Assembly: GCA_014905635.1 (NCBI GenBank)
Contig: JABVCE010000014.1
Span: 620,001-684,000 of the forward strand
DNA length: 64,000 bases
Origin: Scenedesmus sp. PABB004
Taxonomy: Eukaryota
Direction: 5' to 3'
Shown here: one piece after another, positions 15,301-28,407 of the stretch
Layout: every line of letters starts with the position of its first letter
How positions within the stretch are numbered: the first letter of the stretch is position 1
The notes under the pieces: model-generated
Database searches by the model: none
What the model was told of the DNA's origin: nothing
The model's input: the letters and a program-made list of their open reading frames with translations, nothing else
Translations under genes and position numbers: made by a program

Positions 15301-16645
15301 AGCGCCGTGCCGTTGTACGCGGGCACCGTCAAAGTGCTCGGCACGAGGCTCGCGTTCATGGGCGGCAGCGCGACGCCCGAGAGGCCCTCGGTGGTCGGAT
15401 AGCCCGACGTCCCCGGCGGCGGCGCGTCGGCGGCGGCGGCGCCGCCTGCGCGGGGCCGTCCCACCACGCAGCACTGCACCGCCGTGAGGCCCGCGTCCTC
15501 CCACGTTTTGAAGTTGAACGGCCGCACGGTGCACTGGAAGGTCTGGCGGGCGGCGGGCGGCGGGCGGCGGGCGGCGGGCGGCGGCGCGCGGCGTGTGGGC
15601 TGCTGGGCGCTGGGGAGGGCAGCGAGCAGGGCGCCTCGAGCGCGCGCGCCGCTCCGGTCACCTCGCCGTTGTAGGGATACTTCAGTGCCTCGATGCACGC
15701 GTGGCGCTCTGCAAAGCTCAGCAGCTTGGCCAGCGACGGCGCGCAGCCCGACAGCGGCCAGTTCTCGAGCAGCGCGTCGGCGTCGGGCGCGCACTCCGGC
15801 TTGGCGTCGGCGCTCGTGCCGAGGCTGCAGCTGTAGCCGCCATACGTGGCCCGCTCGGCGCCGCGCTTCACCGCGACCCACACGCACGGCTGGTAGGAGG
15901 TCGACGCGAGCGCGTCGCCGAGCGCCTCTGCGTCGAGCACGTCGGCCGCGATGTCGGCGCCGCGCTTGGGCGGCGGGAGGCAGCCGGCGAGCTCGATGGG
16001 GCCGCCACCGTTTGAGACGGTGCCTGCGGCGCGCGCGGCGCGTGCGGGGGGAAACGACGTCAACGGCCTGCGCCAGCCGCGTCTGCCTCGGCAGCCGCCG
16101 CGTTGTGCGCCGTGCGCCGCACCCTTGGGGCAGGCCCTGCAGGTGCAGTTGCGAATGGCGCGCCTTGTCTCGCCATAGTTGAAGGGAAGGTCGCAGGAGG
16201 TCGGCGGCGTCGGCAGCCAGCGCTTGCATTCGCTGCCGAGCGCGCACACGGCGTAGCTCCCGTACCCGGGCGCGCACTCTGCGAGCGGCGGCAGCCCACA
16301 CACCGGTTCAGATCGACAGCACACCTGCACTTCCAGTCCTGCTGGCTCAGGAGCTTCGGCAAGCGCTCGCCGAGCGACGCGGCGAGAGCGACCAGCGCAG
16401 CGGTGAGGCGCGAGCAGCGCTCAGGCACGCCCGCTCACCGCAAGCGCCGTCACGCAGCGTGTAGCCCTGCGCGCAGGCGGAGCAGACGCGCTGCCGGCAA
16501 GCGAGGCAGCCCGGGATGATGCAGGCCGGGTACCTCTGCTCCGTCGGCTTCGCTGAGCTCTCTGGGGTTCCGCCGACACCGTGATCAGCGGCACGGCCAG
16601 GAGCGCGACCGCCAGGCCCAGCGCGGCAGCGGCGCGCGGGCGCAT
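12341..16645 (-). CDS. Large secreted glycoprotein of unknown function (Cys-rich N-terminus, long amphipathic helical C-terminal half), about 11 exons, apparent frameshift near 16565
   Basis: Signal peptide MRPRAAAALGLAVALLAVPLITVSA, CIIPGCLACRQRVCSACAQGY|ECAPGYG, CRACPKG|TVSNGG, many N-X-S/T sequons, helical segments such as LEDVITLLANIIGGFVDSIIDPLLDLL, ending IDRVIRP-stop. Exons join in frame at GT/GC-AG sites apart from the shift. Confidence 0.7.
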
Positions 16646-17077
16646 CGTCACGGTCGCACTGGGGGCCGCGCGCTGCTCTGCTGACGGTGATTCGGAGACC
16701 TGGCGCGGCAAGAGTCGCGCCGTAGGGGTGGGGTGGCGCGGGGGGAGTTCTGCATCGACTTCTCACCACGCTTCGCCGCCGCGGCGGAAGTGTTAATGGT
16801 GCCAGACGCTTTTTGAGACCGCCCGGCGCGGCCAGGAGCCGGTAGGCTCTCTTGGCGTTCCAACGCGCGCCGCGACCGGCTCTGTTTCGCGCCCAGGGCG
16901 GCGGGACCAGCTTTTCCGACGGCGACGTGCGGCGCAGGTCGGTGCGGCCTCGAGCGGCTGGCTGAGCTTGGGGAGCTGGTGCGTGTGAGACGCCTGGTTG
17001 AACCAACTCACCCCCGCACGCGCGGCTGACCGCGCCCACGCACCAGCCCCCAGAGCGCGCGAGCCTCGGTCACCGGC

Positions 17078-20000
17078 TCACCAGCGGCTGAGATCTCGAC
17101 CGAACAAGATTGTGACGGTCCAATCGAACGCGACCTGCGCGGCGCGCGGCGGCGACGGTCAGCCGCGCGGCGCCGGTCAGCCACGGGGGGCCGCCGCGCC
17201 AGCGCGCGCCGCGCCGCGCGGCGCCAGCACCTGCATGCGCGCGCGCAGCGTGCCGAGGCGCGTGAGGTAGGCGCTGCGCCAGGCGACCCAGGAGATGAAC
17301 CCCGCCACGCTCAGCCGCCGCCCCGCGAGCGTGAAGGTGCCGTCGCCGCTGCCGCCGCCAAACTGCAGCACCGCGTTGGTCCCCCCCACGGTCGCCATGC
17401 TGCCAAGCTGCTTGTAGCGGAACGGCTTGAGCTCAAACGCCGCCGCCGCGGCGCCCTGGCCCTGCAACAACGCGCGGACGCCGGGCGTGCGCGGGTTTGG
17501 GCGCGGCGGGCGCGCCGCGCGGCACGGCGCCATCCCCACGCCCGCCGCGGGCGCGCGCGCCGCACAGACCTGCGTGGGGTTGAGGTTGCGCGCCTCGCCG
17601 TTGAGCACCGCGGCAAGGTACTTGCCCTGCTGCTCCGCCACCTGCGGCCGGTGTCGCGCCAGGCGCGCCGCCGCGCGTCACAGGCCGCCACGCGCCCACC
17701 GGCCCCCAGCGCTTGCCTCAACGCTGCGCCGCCGCCGCCGCCGCCGCGGACCGCGCGGCGCCGCGCGCGGCGCGCTGCGCTGCTGCGGACCTGCGCGAGC
17801 GGCGGCAGCGGGCTGTCCACGTTGGCGCAGCAGTCGCCGAGCGCGTATACGCCATCCACGGGCGCCAGCCCCGCGCTGCTGCCGGCCTCGCCGCCGCCGC
17901 TCGCGGGCTGGCCGCCGCCTGGCGCCGCCGCCGCCGCTGCCGCGGCCTTGGCCGGGTTGAACAGGTCAGCCACCTCGCTGCTGTGCTCCCGCGTGAGCTG
18001 CGTGATCTGGCGGCGGGCCGGCGGCGCGGGAGCGCGTGGGCGGGCCGGCGGCGCGGGAGCGCGTGGGCGGGCCGGTGGTGCGCGGGCGCGCGCGCACGGG
18101 TGATCCCCCCTCCCCACGCGCGCACCTGGCCCTTGACGCCCACCGCCTCGCCCTCGGCGCGCACGGGGCCCGCGCCGCCGGGCTGCAGCGGCGGCGCGAG
18201 CACACGCAGGTAGGGGTCGACGGCGACGCGGCCAACCTGTGCGCGCGTGGCGCGGCATGGGGGAGCAGCGTGGAGCGGGTGAAGCGGCGGGTGGGCGGGC
18301 GGGACACCCGCAGACTCGCTGCGTGGGCAAGAGCTGTGCGGCGGCGCGCGGCGTGCGGCGTGCGGCGTGCGCGCGCGCCTTGGTCTTGGCAAACGGCAGC
18401 GAGAGCGTGAAGGGCGTGGGGCCGACGCCGGTGCTCCATATGCAGAGGCCAAAGGGGATCACCGTGCCGTCGGTGAGCGTGAGGCTCTGCGCCTCCACGC
18501 AGCGCACCACGCCCTGACGCGCGGCACGGCGGCGTGCGGCGCGGGGCGCGCGCGGCCGCTGGCGTCGCCCTCGCACGGTGCTGCGCTGCGCACGTGGCCC
18601 GGCTGCGCCGGGCACTGCCGCCGGCCCCGGCGGCCGCACCTTGCGCAGCTTCACGCCCTGCGCGACGAGCTTGCGCGCCGCGTACTCGCGCAGGCTGCCG
18701 TCAAAGCTGCCCAGCAGCTCCTTGGCCTCAATCACGGTCACGCTGCCGCGGCGGTGCGTCGTGTGCGTGCGGGCGCTGAGCGAGAGTGCGCGAGCGCGCG
18801 CGCGCGCGGGTGGAGCGGGGCCGCCGCCGACCGGCCGGCGCGCGCGGCCGCAGGTGTGCCGCCCGGCGCCCCGCCCCCGCACCGCATGGCTTTGGCCCGG
18901 TCGGGGTAGACGTGCCGTAGGTCGCGGTTGATGAGGTTGCTCAGCTCGCCTGCTCAGCGGCGCCCGGCGGGCGGGCCGCGGGCTCGGGCCGGCAACGCGC
19001 CGCCGCGCGCTGCGCGCGGCGCGGGACGCGGCGCGGGAAGCGGCGGCGGGGGACGCGGCGGGGGACGCGCCGCGCGCACCCGCGACCTCGACGCCGGTCG
19101 GGCCGCCGCCGACGATGACGACGTGCAGCAGGCGGTTGTAGTCGTCCAGGGGCCGGCCTGCGCCGCGGCGGGCGGCGGGGCGCGCTCCACACGCGCTCCA
19201 CGCCGCCCTGCCCCGCCGCGCCCCGCCTCGCGGGCCGGCGGGGCCGCCGGCCGCCCTGCGCGGGCGCCCACCCCGCGCGCGCGCGCTGCCGCCGCTGAGG
19301 GCCCTGCTGCCGCGCCGCACCCGGCACGCCCGCGAGCGCAATGTTCTGGATGAGCGCCGACCGGATCGCCTCGGCGTGCCGCACGTCGCGCAGGAAGTGC
19401 GCGTGCTCCTCGACGCCCGGGATGCCAAACGTGCTGCCCTGCGCGCCGCGCGCCGCGCGCCACGCGCCACGCGGCGTGTGCTGAGCGCCAGCCGCCGGCC
19501 GCGCCGGCCGCCCGGCGGCGGCGCGCCGTCCCCCGCAGCCCCGCGGCCCCGCGGCGCGCGCCGCCGCGCCTGGCTGCCGGTGCAGATGGCGAGCTTGTCG
19601 TACGGGACGAAGAACTTCACGCCGTCGTCGCTCTCCGCCTCAATCAGCCGGCGGTCGGGGAACACAGCGGTTGCCTTGGCCTGTCCCGACGCGCGGCGCG
19701 GCGTGCGGCGCGCGCGGTCGCCGGCGGCGCGCGGGACTCGCCGCCGCCGCCGCGCCCTGCCGCCCGGCCGCGCCGCGCCGCGCCGCGCCGCGCCGCGCCC
19801 CGCCGCGCCTGGACGTAGCCGTTCTGGGGCTGGTGGAGGGCCTTTTGGATGGTGGTGACGTGCAGCGCGACGCTGCGCGTGCCGACCGTGCCGACCGTCG
19901 TCGACGCGAGCAGCGGCGTGAAGACCATGTGGTTGCGCGGGCTGATCACCTGACCGCGCGCGCGCGCACGTACGCGCGGGGGCACGCGGCCGGCGCGCGG

Positions 20001-20526
20001 TGGTGGCCGCGCGGCCGGTCGAGCGCGCGGCGGCGGGCGCGTTGCGCGTTCAAACCCCGCCAAGCCGCTGCGCGCGGGGGTTGGCAGCGGCGGCGGCAGT
20101 GCTGGTGCGGCCACACATCCACGCGCACGCAACGCACCGTGACGTCGTAGCACTTGGTGTCAATGTCCCGCAGCAGCCGCGCCGCGGCCCAGCCGACGCC
20201 GAGCACGACGAGCCGCGGGCGCCCCGTGTCCAGCGGCAGGCTCTCGGGCGCGTACGCGGTGCGGTCGGTGTGCGCCAGCCGCGCGAGCAGGCCGCCGCCG
20301 CCGGCGCCGGCGCCCGCGCCGCGCCGCGCGGTGCCCTGCGGGCGCGCGGCGCGGCGCGCGTGATGAGGCGGCGCGGCGCGGCGCGGCGCGGCGCGGGCGG
20401 TTGCGCGGCGCGCTGCCGCAGCCGCACCGCGAGCGCGCCGGGCGGCGGCGGCGCGGGGGAGCTGGTGGTCGTCAGGGCGGCCCTGGCCAGCCCCGCCAGC
20501 GCGGGGGCGCGCCGCCGGGCCGCCAT
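17078..20526 (-). CDS. NDA: Type II (alternative) NAD(P)H:quinone oxidoreductase, about 15 exons
   Basis: RLVVLGVGWAA, VISPRNHMVFTPLLASTTVGT, YDKLAICTGS, TFGIPGVEEHAHFLR, VIVGGGPTGVEVAG, WSTGVGP, VYALGDC, LPPLAQVAEQQGKYLA, FRYKQLGSMATVG, WRSAYLT, FGRDLSRW-stop. Confidence 0.95.
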
Positions 20527-20967
20527 CGGCCGGCGCGCGGAGCGTGCGGCGGCAGCAGCGACGGGGCGCGGCGCGTGCGGGGCGCGCGGCGCGTGGGCGT
20601 CGCGACAGCGGCCGGCGCCGAGGGACTGCACATCCCACAGCGATCGGATGAACAGAAGGAGCTGGGGAGCCAGGGCTCAACCTGTTCTGCTGCTGCTGCT
20701 GCTGCTGCTGCTGTCACGCCCCAGCGATCGAGCCCGCCAGACCGCGCGTGGCAAGCCGCAGACGCCGTCGCGATCCGCGCCCGCCCGCCGCGCCCGCCCT
20801 CCGAGCCAGGCGCTCCGCCAGCTGCGCGCTCGCCGCCCGTTGCGCGCGCCCCGGTCCACGAGAGCGCGCCCCAGCGAGGCAGGACAGCTCAGGGCGCGCC
20901 GCAGGCACCCCACGCGCGCCGGCGGCGCGGCGGCCGGCGCGCCGGCGCGCCCCGCGCGGCCGCCGCG

Positions 20968-23330
20968 ATGCAGCAGCTCCGGCGCAGCCCCCTGTCGGTC
21001 ATCTCGGAGCAGGGCTTCGACGCCGGCCAGGGTGCGCTGGCCGGGCGCTGCCGCAGCAGCCGCTGCAGCCGCCGCCGGCAGCAGCGCGGCACCGCCGGCG
21101 CACCCTGCGCGAGCCGCTCCCGCTCGCTGCGGCGCTGGCGCAGGCGTGATGAACGAGAGCGTGGTGCGGGACTTCCATGAGGCGCTCAACAAGTGCGGGC
21201 CGCGGCCGCCCGCGGCGGCTGTGCGCGCGGCCGCGCCAGCGCGAGAGGCAATCGACGGGCTGCCATCCCGGCGGCAGCGCCAGCGCCAGCGGCGGCGGGC
21301 AGTGTGGGAGCCACGCGCCCTGGTCCGCCCGGGCCGCCCCCGCCCGACCCGCTCGCGCCGCCGCCGCCGCCCAGGTCGCCCGACATGGCGGTCGCGGTCG
21401 CCGCGATCCGCGCGCTCACGGGCGTCATCAACAACAGCAGCGCGCAGACGATGATGGGCCTCGAAAAGGAGCTCAAGGACGCGGCCGCCGCGCTGCAGCG
21501 GTGCGCGATCCATCACCCAGCCGCCGCCGCCGCACCACCACCGCCGCACCACCACCACTACCACCACCACCACCGCCGCCGTGCCACGTGCTCGCAGGTG
21601 CAACCCGACCGCCATCAGCCTCAAGGCGGGCTGCGAGCTCTTCCTGCGCTACACCACGCGCACGAGCGCGCTGGAGCTCGAGGACTTTGCGACGGCCAAG
21701 CGCCGACTCATAGAGGCGCGGCCTGCTGCTGCTGCGCGCGGCGCGGGCGCGGCGGCGCCGGGGGCGCAGCGCGGCGGCGCAGCAGGGGCGCGGCGCGGCC
21801 GCGGGCCGCTGGCTGCTGGCCCGCGGCCGCGCCGGCCGCGCGAAACGCCCGCCGCCGCCGCGCCGCCCGCCCTGCCGCGCAGCGCGGCAACCAGTTTGCC
21901 GACACCTCGATCCGTGCGCGCGCGAGCATCGCGGAGCTCGGCGCGCGCTTCATCCGCCCCGGCTGCGTGCTGCTCACGCACGGGCACAGCCGCGTCGTGC
22001 TCGCGCTGCTGCACCGCGCCGTCGCGTCGGTGCGGCGCGCGGCGCGCGCCCGCAGCGCCGCCGCCTGCGCGTTGTCGCCACCTCGCGCGCGCTCCCTCTC
22101 TGTATCTCGTTCTCTCTCCACCAACACTTCACCCACCGCGCCTGCCCCACCTCGCCTGCCCCACCCCGTGCCCTCGCTCCCGCCCTCAAAGGACATCAAC
22201 TTCAGCGTCATCGTCACAGAGGGCCGCCCCGACGGCACCGGCCAGGCGACCGCGCGCGAGCTGTCCGCGCTCGGCGTGCCGGTGACCATGGTCCTCGATA
22301 GCGGCGTCGCGTACGCGCTCGAGCGGTGCGGCGGGGCGCCCCGCGCGCGCCCTCGCCGCGCCCTTCGCCGCGCCCGCCGCGCCGCGCGCCCGCCCTGGTC
22401 GCCGCCGCGCCCTGCCCCGCGCGCCCGCACGCCCTGGTCGCCGGCCGCCGGCTCAGCCCTCCTCAGCCCCGAGCCCCTACCCCGAGCCCTCCTCCAGCCC
22501 TGAACCCCCGCGCCGCTGCGTCCGCCGCCGCGCCCCGCGCCCCGCGCCCCGCGCCCCACGCCCCGCGCCCCGCGCCCCGCGCCCCGCGCCCCGCGCCCCG
22601 CGCCCCGCGCCCCGCGCCCCGCGCGCGCAGCGTGGACCTGGTGCTCGTCGGCGCGGAGGGCGTGGTGGAGAACGGCGGCGTGATCAACAAGCTCGGGACC
22701 TACCAGGTGCGGCTGCCGCGGCGCGCCACAGGCAGCCGGCCGCGGCGGGGGCCCTCGCCCGCGACGGGCGCGCCCGCGCCCTGGGCCGCGCCGCAATGAC
22801 ACGCCGCCGCCCGCCCGCGCGGCATGGAACGACACACACCAGATCGCGCTGTGCGCCAAGGCGCTGAACAAGCCGTTCTACGTCGCCGCCGAGAGCTACA
22901 AGTTTGCGCGCCTCTACCCGCTCAGCCAGCAGGCGCGCGGGCACGCGGGGCCGGGCCGCTGGCTGGCTCTGTCAAACAGGCGGCGGCGGCGGCGGCGGCG
23001 GCGGTTTGGGTCTCAGAGGGGCGCGGCGGCGGCCGAGGGCTGCGGCGGCGGGGCGCAACGAGCCGCGCGCGGCAGGCGGCGTGGCGGCAGCGCGGCGGCG
23101 CGCCCGCCGACGCCCGCGCGCCCCTGGCCGGGTCCCCGCGCGCGCGCTTGCAGGACCTGCCGCTGGAGCACAAGCCCGTGGACGTCGGGCCGCTGCTGCC
23201 GCGCAGCGTCGCGGTCGACAACCCCTCGCGCGACTACACGCCGCCCGCGGCGATCAGCCTGCTCGTCACCGACCTCGGCGTGCTCACGCCCGCCGCGGTC
23301 TCGGACGAGCTCATCCAGCTCTACGTCTGA
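20968..23330 (+). CDS. EIF2B1: Translation initiation factor eIF2B subunit alpha, about 9 exons
   Basis: [96 protein letters not shown]...[19 protein letters not shown]. Confidence 0.95.
22530..22624. repeat. Heptamer minisatellite (CGCCCCG)n in an eIF2B-alpha intron
   Basis: About 13 tandem copies with one variant unit. Confidence 0.9.
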
Positions 23331-23735
23331 CTGAGGCTGCAGTCGGACAGTCCCGACTGTCCAGGCCGAGCAGTCAGTCAGACCAAAGTCGGCGACTCAC
23401 AGGGACTGACTGACCGAGGCCGGTCGCGCGCGACGCGGGCGCGGGGCGGCGGCCGGCGGCCGGCGGCTGCAGCGGCAGCGGCCGGCGCGGCCGCCCTCGC
23501 GGTGCGGCGGCGGTAACGAGTGGTTACCGGCGCGGGCGTCCGCCCGCTGCGAACCGATGATGCGCTCCGCAAGTGCTCGGGCGCGGCCGATGCGGCACGC
23601 ACCAAAACCACAATGCGCTCGGACGAGCTGCCACGCCTGCTGGCTTCGTGCTGGGCTGCTGATGCGCGACCCCCGCTGCCGCTGCCGCTGCTGCTGCTGC
23701 ACAGACCCACGACTCCCTGCGCCCCGCCGAGCCTA

Positions 23736-26700
23736 CTACTGCTGCTGCTGCCGCGCAGGCGCCCGCCGGCGCAGCGCGCGCTCAGCGCCCTCCGGCTGAA
23801 CCACCGCCTCCGCTGCGCCCGCCGCGCCGCCGGTGGCGCCGGCGACGGCCCTCGACAGCGCGGCCGCCGTCTGCTCAAAGGCGCTCGCCAGGCTGCTGCG
23901 CCACGCGCGGTCGGCGCCAAGCACGCCGTCGCCGCTGGCGGGCGCCCCCCGGGCTCGCCGCCGTCCTCCTCGTCCTCCTCCTCCGCCTGGCCCGCCCGCG
24001 CCGCGGCGTCCGCCAGGGCGCGCCCGGCAACGCCGCTGGCGCCGCCGGCGCGCGCGAGCAGGCCCTTGCTGCTGCTCGCCGCCGCGCCGCGCTCGGCGTC
24101 GCCGTCGCCGCCGCCGTCCTGGTCCTCGTCCTCGGTCGACAGCAGCGCCGCCTGGCGCGCGAGCTGGTGCTGCGCGAGGCGGGCGAGGAGCTGGTCAAAG
24201 TGGACCGCCGGCATGGTCAGCAGCATGTTGACCGGCGGCAGCCGCGAGTAGCCCGCCGCGCCGACGTCCGACACGAGCGCGAGCCGGTCCAGCGCGGCGT
24301 CGGAGCAGGTGAGGCAGCGCGCGAGCGCGGCGGGGCTCAGCGCGTCGAGCTGCGCCGCCCAGCGCCGGCTCGCGCGCACGAGCGACTGCAGCCGCTCCAG
24401 CCTGCGGGGCGCGCGGGGAAGGGCGGCGGCGGCGGCGCGCGAGCTCTTTGAGCGGCCGGCAGCGTGGCATGGCGCAGGCGCAGGCGCAGGCGCACGGGCG
24501 CGCCGGCGGGCCCTGCGGCTCGCCGCGCCGCCGCCGCCGCACCTGGCGGCCAGGGTGGCAAAGTTGGTGCTGAGGATGCTCGGCTGGCCCGCCGCCAGCC
24601 GCGCCGCGGCCCAGGACGACAGCCCCAGCGCCTGGCCCAGCTCCAGGATCAGGCGCGCCAGCGCGCGCGGGCTCTTGGCCAGAAGGAACGGGCTGCGCGA
24701 CACGAGGCGCGGCAGCTTGGGCGCAGCCTCGGGCAGCAGCTGCGCGAGCGCGGCGAGGTGCTCCTGCAGCAGGGAAAGGGGGAGGGGGCGGCGGCGGCGG
24801 CGGTGACGCGGGGGCGGCCGCGGGCCGCGCACGCGCTGGCTGGGCCTTGCCCCCTGCGCCGCGCGCGCGCGCGCGCACCTGCACGTGCTCCGGCGTGCGC
24901 ATCAGCAGCGCCGGCTGCGCGAGCGCGAGCTTGGCGGCCGCCGCGGCGTCGCAGCCGACCGCGCGACGCAGCGCGTCGACGCGCTCGCGCAGCTCGGGGC
25001 CGTCCAGGCCGACGAGCGCCGGCGACCGCAGCGCGGCCGCGACGCACTCGTCGTTGGGCACGCCCAGCCCCGAGCTCAGCGCCTCGAGCGTGCGCAGCAG
25101 CACCGCCGGCTCGTGCGCGAGCAGGCTCGGCTCGCGCGCGATGAGCTGCGCCACGTAGCCGGCGCCGCAGCAGGCCACCCAGCGGCGCAGCCGCTCCGCG
25201 ACCGCGCCCGGCGCGAGCGACACGAGCAGCGCGGCGCGCTCGCCGCTCAGCGCGCGCGCCGGCAGCGGCGCGCCGAGCTGCTGCTGCGCCACGCTGCTGA
25301 GCGCCTGCAGCGCCGCCAGCTCGCACTCGCCAGGCTGCCGCGCGCCGCCGGCGGCGGCGCCGTCCTCGCCGCGGCCGGCCGGCGCGGCGCCGCTCCAGCC
25401 GCGCTGCACCGCGACGGGCAGGTGCGACGGCGCGTGCGGCATGTAGAGGCGCTGCGCGGCGCCCTGCCAGGTCAGCATGGCGTCGATGCACGCCTGATAG
25501 TCGCGCACGGTGCGCTCGCGCAGCTGCGGGCGCGCGGCGGGCGGCGGGCGGCGGGCGGCGGGCGTGGGCGCGGCCGGGCGCGGTCAGGCGCGAGCGCCGC
25601 GGCGCGGCCGCTGCGCCGCCGCCCCGGGCAGGCGCGCCGCCGCGCCGGCGGCGGACCACGCCGCCGGCCGGCCTGAGCGCCGCGCGCCGCGCGCACCTTG
25701 CGGACGGCCTCCGCCCGCGCCTGCTCGCGCAGCAGCTGCTGCTGCCGGATGGTCATCAGGCGCAGCGGCTGCCGCTCCGCCGCGCTGGTCGCCGCGCCGG
25801 CCGCCGGCGCAGGGACGTAGATGCGCGTCGTGCCGACCTGCGGCACCGCACTGCCCAACAGCCGGATGGCGCCCTGCTCATGCTGCTGTTCCAGCTGCTG
25901 CTGCTCCTGCTGCTGCTGCTCCTCGCCCGGCTCCGCGCCGGCGCCTGCCGCCGCGCCGTCCTGCTGCTGCTGCTGCTGCCGCCGCGCGGCGCCCTGCTGC
26001 GCCATCAGCCGCTGCGCCAGCCGCTGCGCCGCGGCCTTGGCCTGCGTGGGCTGCGCCGCGAGCGCGTCTGCCGCGCCGCGCGGCATGCGCTTGACCGTCA
26101 CCACGCTGGGCGCGGGCTGCGGCGCCTGCACGCCAAACAGCTCCAGCAGGCGCCCGGTGTCGCGCGGCCGCGCGGCGCGCCGCTGCCGCGGGCCGGCGGC
26201 GCGCGCGCTCTGCCACGCCTCGGCCGCCGCCGCCGCGGCCGCCGCAGACTGCTCGGCCGACTCGCGCGCGGCGGCGGCCGCCGCCTGCTGCGCCGCGAGC
26301 TGCTCAAACGACGCCGCAAAGGGCCGGAACTGCGCGGCCAGGTCTGCGTCGCCGCCGCCTGCCAGCGGCGGCCCCGCCCCCGACGGTTGCGCCTGCTCCT
26401 GCTGCTGCTGCTGCGCCTGCTGCGCCTGCGCCTGCTGCTGCGCCGCCCGGCCGCGGCGCATGCCCAGCTGCGCCGCCTGCAGCGCCGCCCGCGGGTCGGC
26501 CAGCGCGCCGGCGGGCAGCGCCGCCGCGTCGCCGCGCGCCGCACGCACGTGCGCCGCCGGCTGCGGGAACAGCTCGTGCGCCGCCTGTCGCCGCGGCTGC
26601 GCCTGCGCCTGCTGCTGCTCATCCGCCTGCTGCTGCTCCACCTCGCGCTCGCCCACGCCCGGCGCCTGCTCGGGCGGCTGCTGGGCCTGGTCCTGCTGCC

Positions 26701-27021
26701 GCTGCCGCTGCTGCCCCGCCGCCACGGGCCGCCGGCGCCGGCGCTGGCGCTCTCCCGGCGGCAGCGGCGCCGGCGCGGCAGCAGCAGCGGCGGGCTCCGC
26801 CGGCGCCGCCGCGCGGGCCGGCGCGCCGCGCGAGCTGCGCAGGACGCCCGGCGCCGGCGTCGGGCGGGCGCACGCGCCCGGGGGCGCCGCGGACCCTGCA
26901 AAGCGGGCGCGGGCGCGTGAGGGTGCGAGAGCGGGGCGCGGATTGCGTACGCGCGGCACGGCCCCGGTTTCGGCATGCCCTCTGGCTCTCCCTCACCGCT
27001 CGGCCGCGCGGACGGCCGCAT
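23736..27021 (-). CDS. mTERF-like helical-repeat organellar protein with Q/A-rich N-terminus, about 5 exons, probable 1-nt frameshift near 23948
   Basis: Transit-like MRPSARPSG|SAAPP start and repeats LIAREPSLLAHEP, ALRSPALVGLDG, LALAQPALLMRTP, LVSRSPFLLAKSP, LAAGQPSILSTNF (mTERF-type xxPxLL motif). The 3' end is uncertain. Confidence 0.7.
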
Positions 27022-27337
27022 GTGCGCGCGTGTGGGCTGTGCCGGGGCGCGCCCGCGCTCACTGCGCCATGCCGGGCGGTGCGCGCGCGCTTCGATGCGC
27101 CAGCGGTGCGTGGTCGCTCTGGCCGCTCGCTCTGGCGCGGCGGCGCTCGGGCGTGCCCGCCTCGCACACTCGCTGCAAAGACCTGTACCTGCTCAAATTC
27201 GGCTGTCGCGCACCACCCGCCCGCCGCCGCCGTCCCCCGCGCCACTCCCCGCACCCCCGGCCGCGCCCACGCACGTCCCGATCGCCCGCGCCCGCTCCCG
27301 CCCGCCACAGAGGCGCCGCAGCTGCGCGCGCGGCGAG

Positions 27338-28368
27338 ATGGAGAACAAGCACCCCTTCCCCCTGTTCCCCATGAGCCCCGTCATGGGCGCCGGTGGCGAC
27401 GCGGCGTCGGTGTCCTTCACCGGCAAGAGCGGCAAGGGCAGCGCGGCCGCCGCGACGAGCGGCAGCGCGATGTCGACCGACTCTTGCTCGCGCGCGCCGT
27501 TTGGCGAGCTGGTGCGCCCGGCGGCGCGCCGCGGCCCGGCCGCCGCGCCCGCCGCCGCCAGCTGCGCCACACCGCGGCCACACTGCGCTGCGCGCAGGCC
27601 AACAGCGCGCCGGCGCCGCCGCCGGCCGCGTTTGAGTTCTCCCGCCCCGCCGCCGGCGGCGGCGCGGCCAAGGCCAAGGCCGCGGGCGCGCCGTTCTCGC
27701 GCTTCGGCGCCGCCAAGCCGCCGGCCGCCAAGCCCGCGCGCGACCAGGGCACGCCCGAGCCGGGCACGCCGGGCTCGGTCACCGCCGAGTCGTGCGACGC
27801 GGGCGTCAAGACGCCCGCGCCGAGCGCGCCCGGCGCGCCGCCCGCCGCCGACGGCCCCGCCGCGCCGCTCGGCCTGCCCAACCTGCTGACGTGGCGCGAG
27901 CCGCTGACGAGCCTCGTCGCCTTTGTCGGCGGCCTGCTCGCCTTCTGGGGCCTCACGTGGGCCGCTTACGGCGCGCACGGCATGACGCTCGTGTCGGGTG
28001 CGCCGCCCCCTGCACGCGAGCGCCGCGCGCGCCGCCCTGCGTGCGCGCGCGCACGCCGCCCCTCCAAGCCCCCGCCCTTCCCCAGCCCACGGCGCGCGCT
28101 TGCGCCCGCGCCCGCGCCACACACACGCCCCGCCGCGCCACACTCCACGCGCCGGCAGGGCTCTGCTACCTCGCGCTCGCCGACCTGGGGTCCAACTTCT
28201 TCCGCTACTTCATCTCCCAGCCCTGGCACGCCCGGGCCCTCTGGGGCGGCGGCGCGGGCATGCAGCGCGCGCTCACGCGCGTCAACGCCGCGCTGCTGCA
28301 CGCCGCGGCCGCGCACGACCGGCTGCTGGGCGCGGAGAACCCCTACGTCACGCTCAAGGTGACCTGTA

Positions 28369-28407
<39 letters not shown>

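Noticed and set aside
18008..18075. 27-bp tandem repeat in an NDA intron
   Set aside because: Ordinary intronic slippage repeat with no further structure.
21510..21580. Poly-His stretch [12 protein letters not shown] in ORF 21193
   Set aside because: Lies in an eIF2B-alpha intron (CCA repeat).
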